Positions 13,564 to 26,021 of a DNA stretch of 64,000 nt are shown piece after piece. The translations under genes and the position numbers were made by a program. The stretch's first letter is position 1; each line of letters opens with the position of its first letter. Under the pieces are notes generated by a model, which was not told the origin of the DNA, ran no database searches, and saw nothing but the letters and a program-made list of their open reading frames with translations. This DNA comes from Octopus sinensis. Taxonomy: Eukaryota. The stretch spans positions 19,468,001 to 19,532,000 of the forward strand of contig NC_043016.1 of the NCBI RefSeq assembly GCF_006345805.1, read 5' to 3'.

Positions 13564-16500
13564 ATGGTGTGTGGTGTCTATGTATGTGCATCTTTGTGTC
13601 TGTGTTTGTCCCCCATTACTTCCTGATGACAGGGGTTAGTTTGTCAACCACCCCCGTAACTTAGTGGGTTGACACAAAGGGACTGCTGTAATAGATACCT
13701 GGCTTAAGGAAAAAAATAAATCCTGGGGTCAATTTGTTCAACTGGACCCTAGCAGCAGTCTAATGACTGAAACAAATAAAATGTAAAAGACAAAAGATAA
13801 ATGAAATTCATTAACTCTCTAATTAATGAGTTAAATTTTGTAGCTATAACCTGTAATTGACTTGCTAACGACGTCTAAAAGTAGTAATATGTTTACTGTT
13901 CTTTTTGGTGAAACATTCACAAAAATAAATTAACAAAGATAAAGTTTTCAAATCTGTTAATACTATTTCTTGCCTTGTCTTCTTTTGTTTCAGCGATGCG
14001 AATATATTTCCCGAATATATATTTCCATATCTAGTAAGTATTCTGACATTTTAATTTACTCCTATCAGTTAAATAAAATAGATTTTGAGGATATGCTCAA
14101 TGTTAATTGAGAAGGCATGTGACCTAATGGTTAAGCAACTCGGCTTTCAATCATAAGGTCATATGTTCAATTCCTTGTGTAAAGCACTTCATTTTACATA
14201 CCACCCCTCCATTCAGCTGACATAAATGTGTATTAAGACTGATAGACAGCCTCAAGATGAGTCAGTGATATGGTTAATACATTTGGGCATGACTGCATTC
14301 AGCTACTTTACCCTATTTTTGCAATATTTTCTCTCATCATCATCATCGTTTAACGTCCGCTTTTCATGCTAGCATGGGTTGGACGATTTTGACTGAGGAC
14401 TGGCGAACCAGACAGCCGCACCAGGCTCCAGTCTTGATCTGCCAGAGTTTCTACAGCTGGATGCCCTTCCTAACATCAACCACTCCGAGAGTGTAGTGGG
14501 TGCTTTTTACATGCCACCGGCACAGGGCGAGTCAGGAGGTACTGACAATGACCTCGCTCGAATCTTTTTACACATGCCACCGGCACAGGTGCCAGTAAGG
14601 CGACGTTGGTAACGATCACGCTCGAATGTTGCCCTTTTGCGTACCACCGGCATGGAGCCAGTTGGCTGCTCTGGCAACGATCACGCTCTGATGGTGCTCT
14701 TGGCACCCTACTAGCACAGGCACAAGTGCCAGTAAGGTGATGCTGGTAACGAGCAATAATTGTTTCACTGTACTGTCTATTGACAGTAAACTGACTATAT
14801 ATTTACTTGCATTTCAACTCTAGAACCTGTATATATTTTCTCATCATATTAAGATGTAGTTTACAAGCAATTTTATAGAGAGACATGTTTATATGTGCAT
14901 GTGTGTTTGTGTTTAAATATGTAAGGAAGTTAGTTTGTATTAAATAGATTATCAGCAAAGTTTTTCTTTTGTTATACAACAAAATTTTGTAAACTGCTAT
15001 GATTTATAAGCAGGAGTAAATTTAAAAGAGTGATTATATGTGTGTGTGTGTACATATGTATGCATCTATCTATCTACTTACATACCTACCTGTCTGTTTG
15101 TCTATCTACACACACACAACACATAAAATCTTCCTTATCACTTTTACAATCTTCTTTCCATACTGGTGTCAGTTAAACACGATCCCACAGTTCAAGTCTT
15201 CTCTTATTTGGAGATACTGCTCATCTAGACAAATCAGAAGACCACATCTTGCTGCTGTTTCATTTTTGTCCTGGTTTCTATAGCTGGATATCCTTGCTAA
15301 TGACTACCACTTTATAGACTGTATTGGATGCAATTTACCTTGGCACCAACATTAAAGAGATTACCATGTCCTTGGCAAGGCCAAAAAATCATCTTGATTC
15401 TGCATTCACCAACCACTTTACAGAATGCCCTTGACAGATTTATTGTGAAATTAGCAATTGTGGGATTGCTTCCAAAGATTAGAGAGTCCCCCCCCACACA
15501 CACACATGTCAAGTCATTTTTACCATGCTACTGTTACAACCTAACCCTGTATTGCATGTTTCATTGTCAGTTGGTTGGCAACTAAAATGTCTCATTCTCT
15601 CACCCTGTTTAGAGGGTGTGTTAAGTGTGTTGCTACTTATATGGGTTAAAAAGGAAGCATTCCAAAACGGAAGAGCTACTTTCCGGAAAACCTATGGTCA
15701 ACAAAACATAGAAATGAGGCAGGAACCACCAAGTTATCTACCTGTTAAAACTTGATGGGGATGCTGGGGTTGGAGGAATCGGGGGAATGGCTGGCAAGGG
15801 CAAAGGGAGTGCAATGGTATGGGCATATGTTGAGGAGGGATGAGGAGCATGTTCTGAGGAGGGTGATTGTGTTTGAGGTAAATGGACTGTGAAAGCAAGG
15901 TAGACCGAGGAAAATGTCAAGGGGACAGATGGAGGAGATTGGAAGGGTTGGCTTGAAAAGGGAGGATGCCCAAAACCAGGCGAAATGGTGTGAGGGCAGA
16001 TTCTATGGCATTGAGATAGATTTGGCCACCCCCATTAACACAGACAAAACCCAGATTTAAAACTGTGGATGGATGGATGTGTGTATGTATGATGTATGTA
16101 TGTGTAAACCTACTGCAGTTGATATAATCCACTATACTCTTTCTTTTAAATTGTTCTTGTCTTCAAAATTGTTACTACATGAAAAAATGCAGTGTAAGTG
16201 TATTCAAAGATGCAGTATTCAGCATGCAAGAATACAAATATATAATAAGGTTTAACAATTTAGCTTAAAAATTTGTCATTTTAGAACATGAAAATATCAA
16301 CCAGACATTGTATGTCATCATCATCATATGTCCGTTTTCCATGCTAGCATGAGTTGGACAGTTCAACTGGGGTCTGGGAAGCCAGAAGGCTGCGCCAGGC
16401 CCAGTCTGATCTGGCAATGTTTCTAAGGCTGGATGCCCTTCCTAACACCAACCACTCCGTGAGTGTAGTGGGTGCTTTTTACGTGCCACCTGCACAGGTG

Positions 16501-19500
16501 CCAGACGAGGCTGGCAAACAGCCACGATCGGATGGTGCTTTTTACGTGCCACCGGCACGGAGGCCAGTCGGGGCGGCGCTGGCAACGGCCACATTCAGAT
16601 GGTTCTCTTACGTGCCACCGGCACTGGTATCACAGCTACAATTTCCATTGATGTTGATCGATTTCGATTTTGATTTTGATTTTGATTTGGTATGTATTTA
16701 TTTAAAATCATTGTTTGATATCAATTTCTTTCAGTCACCTCTAACACAAGATACAGTTACTCTTGTTCGTGCTGCTTATGCTGAAAATATTGCACAACTT
16801 GCTGAGATTGCTTTAAGGTCAGTTTATTTGTTTGTAATTTTATGTATAGGAAATATGGAGGTTCCCTTCCCTCACCCACTCCTATTGCTCTATTTTTTTT
16901 TTTTTTACTTATATATGTATCGTTTGTCTGTCTGACTATCTATTTTACCTACATATCTATTTAACTGCCATCATTGTTTAAGATCCCCTTTTCGATACTT
17001 TCATCAGTCAGACATTGTGTGTGTGTGTTTACATAGGAGTGGCTGTGTGGTAAGTAGCTTGCTTACTGACCACATGGTCCCAGGTTCAGTCCCACTGCGT
17101 GGCACCTTGGGCAAGTGTCTTCTACTATAGCCTCGGGCCGACCAAAGCCTTGTGAGTGGATTTGGTAGACGGAAACTGAAAGAAGCCCGTCGTATATATA
17201 GCGGTTCGGCAAAAGAGACCGATAGAATAAGTACTAGGCTTACAAAGAATAAGCTCTGGGGTCGATTTACTCGACTATAAAGGCGGTGCTCCAGCATGGC
17301 CACAGTCAAATGACTGAAACAAGTAAAAGAATAAAAGAAATACATACACACATCATCATCGTTTTGCATGTTTTTATGTGTTTGCATGAGTAGGATGTTT
17401 CTTTTCCAGCTCAGCTTCTCACCATTTTTGGTCCTTTTTCATCTCTTCTATGCAGTTCTTTTAAGCCCCTGAGATCAACCCTCATGAACTTTTTCCTATA
17501 ATTTCCTGCTTCTTCCCTTTCTAAAGGTTCCTTCTGTTTTGCTCACTTCGCACTTCTTTACCCACCTTCCATCCTCCACACACGTCACCTGTCTGTACCA
17601 GATCTTGCTTCTTCCCTCTTGTATACTGCATCTGATTCCTCTTATAAGAAATTAATTTCTCAGCTCATTTGTATCCTATTATTTAACCCTTTAGTGTTCA
17701 GATTATTCTATGAAACATAATGCTTATTAATTCCCATTGATTTGAATTAATCATGCATTTTCTCATATCTTCAAGATCTTGATGGTGTAATTACTTAATG
17801 TAGAATAACATTGTAGGGTAGGTGTGAGGGCCTGGATCTGGTCAGTCTGAGCATAAAACAGATTAAATATTTTGGCCGGATATGGCCGGTTTAAATACTA
17901 AAGGGTTAAGTGCAGTAAAATTACACATCAATCAGTGAATTCCGAAGATGATACATGACTGAGGGCAAAAGATCTGTTATACTTTCTAGAATCATCTTAT
18001 TATTTCCAAATGTACTGACATAAAGAATCAATCAGATGAATGAAACCATGGTTCTTATTTTTTAATTGCCTTTTATCTGACATGAATTAACATAATGTTA
18101 CACAATTTCATTGAAAAATTGTATCAAATAGTTTTATGCTGTTGCACCACAACATAAACACACACTGTGTATATGTATACACACACATACACATATTCAT
18201 ACATACATTATATGTATTTGTGTGCATAATATAATGTTAAATCAAATTTTATATTGCAGAGTTTTGGATATGATACATCTGAATGTTTCAGATGATTCTG
18301 ACCCAGATGGCACTCGTTATCAAGTAAGTGATTTACTTATTTAATTACTTTATCCCTATCAGCGCTTCAAGACAAAGGACAGGTCTACAGCTATTTGATT
18401 CTTGTCAGTAGATGAGAAACAAAATATTAATTCACTATCATAAGAATTTCATACACATAAGGATTAACTTGCTGAAAGCAGTGTCTACAATTAAGCTAGA
18501 TATGTTTAATAGACACCAATGATATTCTGCACACCGAGGATGTCAAGAAAAAAAAAAGATTAGGAGTTTAAAAGGAAGAAGATTAAAGCAGTCCTCTTTT
18601 CTTAGTCTCTACCACTCAGACTGTTTAGTCATGTTGCTTGATTTTCCAGGTTTTCTTCACTGAGGATCCTGCTGGGTTGATGGCTCATGTTGGTCAACCA
18701 CATGTCACATAGCCACAGCAGATGAGGAGGTATCTCATGGAGATAACTGACTGGGATTCTGCTCAACGGATCAGCAGGGAGGTCCCAGAAATATACTAAC
18801 AAATAGTGAATTCAGCAACACACTGCAATGGCACATTCTCCCCCCACCCACTTGTACACTTTTGAAAAGAAAATGCCTAACAGTATTTAGTTATGATCAT
18901 CTACACTTTGCTTCAATTCTGGTGAGAGTCAACTTTGCTTTCCATTCTTCAAAAGGGATTTGAGAAATAACAATAAATATGCAAGTTTCCATAAAAATGT
19001 GGAAAAACCTTCTGTAGACACAAAATAATATAACAAAAATGAAAACGTAACAGCTTAATTTCTCTCGGCAGCGAGCTGGCTGAATTGTTAGCACCTGTGG
19101 CAAAATAACTAGAGAGCATTTTGTCCATCTTTACCCGCTGAGGTTGACTTTGCCTTTCATCTTTTTCAGGCTCAATAAAGTAAGTACCATTCAAGCATTG
19201 GGGGTCGATGTAATCGACTTAACCCTTCCCCCAAAACTTCCTGGCCTTGTGCCAAAATCTGAAACCAATTTCTCTCACATCCAGATGTAGTTATTACATC
19301 ATCATCATCATCATCATTATCATCATCATCGTTTAACGTCCGTTTTCCATGCTAGCATGGGTTAGATGGTTTGACCGGGGTCTGGGAAGCCAGGAGGCTG
19401 CACAAGGCTCCAGTCTGATCTGGCAGTGTTTCTACATCTGGATGCCCTTCCTAATGCCAACCACTCCGTGAGTGTTGTGGGTGCAAGCATTCTGATAATT

Positions 19501-22500
19501 CCCTTGCTCTAATCAGTACATGCTTTAAGTCATCAAAAGATGCCACAATCATCTCTTATCTACTAATGATCTCCCATGGTGTCCTCACACAACATCATTA
19601 ACATTTAATGTCTGTCTTCTTTGCTGACATGGGTTGGCTGATTTGACAGGATCCAATGAATGTGTGGATTGCATCATGGACCACTGTTTGCTCTGACATG
19701 GTTTCTACAATGCATGCCTTCTCTAATGTTAAATACTTTACAGAGTGTACTGGGTGCTTTTGTTTTTCATGGCAACAGCTGTAGTGAGGTCACCACATAA
19801 CTTGCAAGACAAAAATAAAAGCTCTCTCAACTACATGGGGTTGTCATAGAGAGGGAGTTGGCTTTATACCAGGTGTTCAGAAGTTAATGTATGATACAGG
19901 GACAGAAACAGGTGTCTTATGGTACAAGTGATACATGGTTGTTTGCATTATATAAAGGTGGGTGGCAGCAGCTAGAAAGAGAGATAAAGATGGTATCGAG
20001 GAGATATCAGGATGCACCCTCACACCTGTAATAAATATTCTCATGACTGCATCCCAGAGCAGTGTTAAGTCCTGATCTGTAGTTGAGACTTTACAAAGCC
20101 CAAGTAAAGCCTATATTGAACTGCTACTTCTATATCTGGAACAATCATCATCATCATCGTTTAACATCTCCTTTCCATGCTAGTATGGGTTGGACGATTT
20201 TGACTGAGGGCTGGCGAACCTGATGGCTGCCCAGGCTCCAATCTTGATTTGGCAGAGTTTCTACAGCTGGATGCCCTTTCTAACACCAACCACTCCGAGG
20301 GTGTAGTGGGTGCCTTTTACATGCCACCGGCACGGGGGCCTATCAGGCGGTACTGGCAACGACCTCGCTCAAAAGATTTTACACATGCCACCAGCACAGG
20401 TGCCAGTAAGGCGATGTTGGTAACGATCACGCTAGGCGATACATACAGGTACCATATTTTATCCTAAAAAGAGTTACTTCTTTGAGTAACCTACTCAGCT
20501 TCTTATGCCTCTTGTACGATGGTCTTTGGTCCACTGAACTAACTCTACCTAAATCCATTTTGTGCACTCAATACTCCACCTCTTTAATAAAGGTGATATA
20601 CAGATAGTTTCACTGTCTCTGGTGTAATGAGGTACAGCAGCTGAGAAGCAAATAATTTTATTCAGCTAAAACATTGAACTTCAGTATGATCTAGCTTAAA
20701 AGATATGTATCCATCCATATTTGAGCAAACTACTGTCCACCAATCTTCAACTAAGATATCCCATAATGCATCTGAACCAGAAGTAGCACTTCATATCAGC
20801 CTCACCACACAAGTTTAGGTTTTATAAGGTAGAAACATTTTTTTTATGAATTAGTAAAGGAAGGATTGCATTCATGTTCCCCTGTTTTAGGTCTCTGAGA
20901 CATATGGAAGAAAGGGAGGTGACTAAAAACCTGATCTAAATACTTACAAGATAGACTAAATAGTTCCAAGAACCAGATAGTGGTAGCAGTGTTTTGGCTA
21001 AACTGGGTGATATATGTTCACCTAAAGAGTAGGTGTCTTGGTGTCAGATTATGAAGATGTTACAATCAAGAAGTGTAAACCAAGATCTCCAGAGGTGCAA
21101 TATCACCTTGGAAAATGCAGAAGGGCTGGTAAGGGGGCCCACCAGCAGTGGAGTGCACTGGTTGACCTGGTCATCTCTGAGATCACTAACCTGGGATGAA
21201 CCCAGCCTCATCAAGCAAGAGCATGAAGCAATCAAGCAAGCAGTGTCGACCATCTCAAACAATCATATACATTTTTACTTGTTTCAGTCATTTGACTGTG
21301 GCCATGCTGGAGCACCGCCTTTAATCGAGCAAATCGACCCCAGGACTTATTCTTTGTAAGCCTAGTACTTATTCTATTGGTCTTTTTTGCCGAGCCGCTA
21401 AGTTACGGGGACGTAAACACACCAGCATCGGTTGTCAAGCAATGTTGGGGGGACAAACATATATACACACAAACATATATATACACATATATACAACAGG
21501 CTTCTTTCAGTTTCTGTCTACCAAATCCACTCACAAGGCTTTGGTTGACCCGAGGCTATAGTAGAAGACACTTGCCCAAGGTGCCATACAGTGGGATTGA
21601 ACCTGGAACCATGTGGTTCGTAAGCAAGCTACTTACTACACAGTCACACCTCTGCCTATATATAAAATATTTCACTATCTTTATTTTATGAATTTAGATC
21701 CTGCCTCCATGAACTTTGTTTTCTTTCTGTTGGGCTTGGATAAAAATTATTACCAGTCAAGCACTGACTGAAATCATTCTAACCAACCGTTTCCTTACTC
21801 CAAATTTATGACCATGTTCCTGTATTAGAAACTCCTTACTTGTACTTGTGGTGACATTCACCCTGGGTGGGTTGAGTCAGCTTCTTCTACCATCAAAGAA
21901 GTTTCGTGGGAATATGTGGATTTCACAAGCGGTCCCCAACAATCCTGCATGTAGAGACATCCTATTTGCCACAGATTGTCCGCGGACGCAGGGACAGAAC
22001 AACCGAGGAGCCGCTGGTTGCCGAAACAGACACTCCGAGGATTTTCACCAGAGCCCCGTCTGCCGGGTTGTGGCCCTAATACCACTCAGTGTCAGACCAA
22101 TCCGTTTTGGGTGGCCCTACCAGGAACCGAAGTTTCCGACGGCATAGCTCTGACACTACCCGTTGCCAGTGTCTCCACCACGATGAGGAGGGGGTGGACT
22201 TTGGGGACACAAACTATAGAAACTATAGTTATTAAAAGAACACTGTCTCTTCTAGACACTTTTGCATTGCTTTGTATTCAGTCAGCTATTCTTATTTTCT
22301 CTAAGTTCTATACTTTATGATTCCTTTGTCTAATTTCTATAGGTCAGCTATGATGCAGAACTACAAACGCTTCAAGAAATTATCCAGCAGAAAGTTGTTA
22401 TGTTGTTATGTGACCAGGATAATATTGTGAAACAGACACTGTTGGAAAATGGTTTTACTCGTCTCTGTGTTTTCTTTGGTCGCCAAAAGGGTAAATATAA

Positions 22501-25500
22501 AATATCCTTCCATAAGTACTGACAAGAGGTAAAATAACAGTTCTTAATATTATGCTAGGTACATCCATGGATAATCTGGTGTTCATTTTAACTCCACTAC
22601 TTGGCCTTCAATTGCCATTAATGGACTCAAACTGTTACAAGCATTCTGGTCTGATCTCTGGTGTGACAATAACTTCCTTCTTTCCTCTCTCATTATGGAA
22701 CTTCTGAAAACAGACCATGAGTAGCACTGCCATTCCCCTGTTAACTAAACCATTAATAAAAATCTACCATATTTGACTGCTTTTAGCTCTTTAGATGCCA
22801 ACTGATCGGAGACCGCTTTGAGTTCTGTGATAAAAAATTTTTTTGTCTTAAAGTCATCTAAATTAAAACCAGGCATCAACAATTAATTTAATGTTGATTT
22901 TCCAGACAGCAGCTTATTAATGACAAAATTATTTTACTAATTTATTCATTGTTTTCAAAATCATTTGAAATAGACTATAATGTTGACCTCTAGTTTTGGC
23001 AAACTCTTTCAGGATCAACCACTTGCTAGTAACCTAGACCCTATCCTTGTATTTGTAAAATGCCAGGTGATTTTCTGGAACATTTTTTTGGAAAAGAAGT
23101 TGTTCTTGTAAGCTGTCATATATGTTAATTTAATCACAAATTTTAACCCTTTGAGGGGAAAAAAGTTTACTGATGCTGCTTCTACACTAAAGAAGATGGG
23201 ATCTTCATTTACAAGCTACAAAAAGAATAAAAGTATTTTAAATAAAATGTATAGTAGGGTATTAAGAGCACCATCCGAGTGTGATCATTGCCAGAGTGGC
23301 TATCTGGCCTCCATGCTGGTGGTGTGTAAAAGACACCATTCGAGCGTGATCGTTACCAGCATCACCTAACTGGCACCTGTGCCGGAGGCATGTGTAAAAG
23401 ATTCGAGTGAGGTCGTTGCCAGTACCGCTTGACTGGCCCCCGTGCTGGTGGCATGTAAAAGCACCCAGTACACTCTCGGAGTGGTTGGCGTTAGGAAGGG
23501 CATCCAGCTGTAGAAACTCTGCCAGATCAAGATTGAAGCCTAGCACAGCCATCTGGTTCGCCAGCCCTCAGTCATACGTCCAACCCATGCTAAAATGGAA
23601 AGCGGATGTTAACCGATGATGATGTTGTATAACTATGATTTTAGGTTTTTTTCTATGCTGGCAAAAGTTGGACAAGTTACCACAGTCTGCATTATATTGC
23701 ACACATAGTAACATAAAACTAACTCTCTTTTTGGTGCCGTATGTGTCTTACAATCGAATGCTTTTTAATGCACCATTAACACCATAATGGTTTTTGTTGT
23801 TTCCATGCCTGTTCTTCCATAGGATCTTTTCGGTTTGAACGGCAGTTTTTAACATAATTTCTAGGTAACTAAAAAATTTTTAACTTCATATACTGGTAGA
23901 ATGTGTTTATAAAACATCTTTTTCTTTTGGCTTTATTGAGAAAATTCTATAGTTTGTAAGATATTTGTTTTTTTTCTTTAATTTTGCAATTTCAACCAAT
24001 CACTGATGTCTATTGAGGTAAAAAAAACATTATGTGCCATATGAATATGTCCCTCGTTTAAGAAACAGATTGGGTTTATTTACATTTGTGAAGAAAAAAA
24101 GATACCCTTTCCCCACCCCTAACCCTAACTCTAAAACAGATTGAAATGCAATAGATCAATACTAGGGTCATAATTATGAGTGACAATTTCATATGACATC
24201 ACTAGAAAAAAACTGCCGTTCAAACCAAAAAGATCCCTTCCATACTTGATTCTATGTAAACCCTTGCCATTTCTGTAATGTCCCTTTCTCTATTGCCCTT
24301 GTGCCAAATAATCCCTTTTTACTATAGGTACAAGGCCTGAAATTTAGGGAAGGAGTTAGTCGATTATATCAATCCCAGTGCTCAACTTTGTACACATTTC
24401 ATTGACCCAACTTAAAGTTGGACTAAATGTTGCTAAGCATCTCCTGTGCCAAGTAATGGAATGAAATAATACTATTAACATGTTTTTTAACGTTCCATGA
24501 GAGCTTCCATTGCACCACCAGATATATGATCATATGCAGCGAGCTGGCAGAATCGTTAGCATGCCGGGCGAAATGCGTAGCCGTATTTCATCTGCCAATG
24601 CGTTCTGAGTTCAAATTCTGCCGAGGTCGACTTTGCCTTTCATCCTTTTGGGGTCGGTAAATTAAGTACCAGTTACGCACTGGGGTCGATATAATCAACT
24701 TAATCCATTTGTCCTCTCTGTGTTTAGCCCCTTGTGGGTAGTAAAGAAATAGATATATGACCGTATTCTTCAGGTGTGTGTAGGATTCTGCTTCTGATTT
24801 TATTTTAGAACTAGCAGTATCGCCCGGCATTGCTCGGGTTTGTAAGGGAAATAACTATATAAGCATTTTTAGAAATGTAAAGTATAATAGCCATCTCAAT
24901 ATGGCTAACCACAAAAGGGGGGGGGTGTTACTGTAGCTTTTTACATTCTGAGATTTAATAATAAATTTTTAGAGAGTTACTTCCCTTATATATGCCAAAA
25001 ATGCATTAAAAAATGGGGAAAATTTATGGTAAATTTTTTTTTAAATCGTAGACTCATCGTAGATGCGCACTAATACCCAGAAGGGCTCGATATGAATCAT
25101 GACTATAAGATACCCGGTTTTGGTTAAACTGCACCACAAAATGTGGGAGTAGTTAGGAATGTAAATCGTAGGAGACAGACAGCACACAACCTCTCTTTTA
25201 TATATAAAGATTTCCTGTGTTTGTTGCACAGAATATTCTCTGTTTGTGATGTCTTATTTTGTTGGGTCTTGGCTATTGTTATAAAACCCAAACTCGACTA
25301 TCAATGTTTAAAAGGTTTTGATCGACTAAAAATACAGCAATATACAATACAAACAAAGATTGCTAAATTGTAAGCAAAACCAGAGTTCAACGCAATAACA
25401 TTTTTCTGCAGCAAGTTGCTACATTATCGACTAACCAAAATCAACGCTGATTGTCGTCTGCAAACAGAACAGAGCTCTGCGCAGTCGCAATGCAGGCATA

Positions 25501-25989
25501 TAGCAGCAATTGAGACAATCAAAATCGTGATCAAAACTTAAAATCACAACATTTTTCCTCCCCCTAAAGAAAAAAAGAACAATTAACCAACAAAATACAA
25601 ACATAACCATGAGCCAATCACAACAACGTAATAATGAGGCTTTTCATAAGCTAAAATCACAACAGCTATTTTGTATTATGCTGGTTATATATTATGTATT
25701 TATAACACTGAGTTATGATTGTGTAGAACATATATTGGACAGCAGTTATGCTTCATATATAACATGTTGATTGTGTTATGTTATTGAGTGGCAATTGCAC
25801 AGCATAAAAGCTGTTTCGAGGATGTGCTGTAGCGCCAGGCGGTAGTTATGTTAGAGTATGCATTCTGATATTCTATTGGTGATTCTGTAGATTTTGTATT
25901 GTATATTGTTCAGTGGTGATCGTCGTCGTCGTCGTTTCTTCTTCTTCTTCTTCTTCTTCTTCTTCTTCTTCTTCTTCTCCTACTACTAC

Positions 25990-26021
<32 letters not shown>

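Noticed and set aside
16354-16935. 193-aa ORF fusing a repeat-derived peptide in frame to PIK3R4 exon 10
   Set aside because: TTG start within an antisense family A copy that reads through the intron by chance; exon 10 has its own canonical acceptor.
25277-25707. TGTTATAAA...TTTATAACA segment as a possible solo LTR
   Set aside because: No matching TSD and no second copy; left unclassified.
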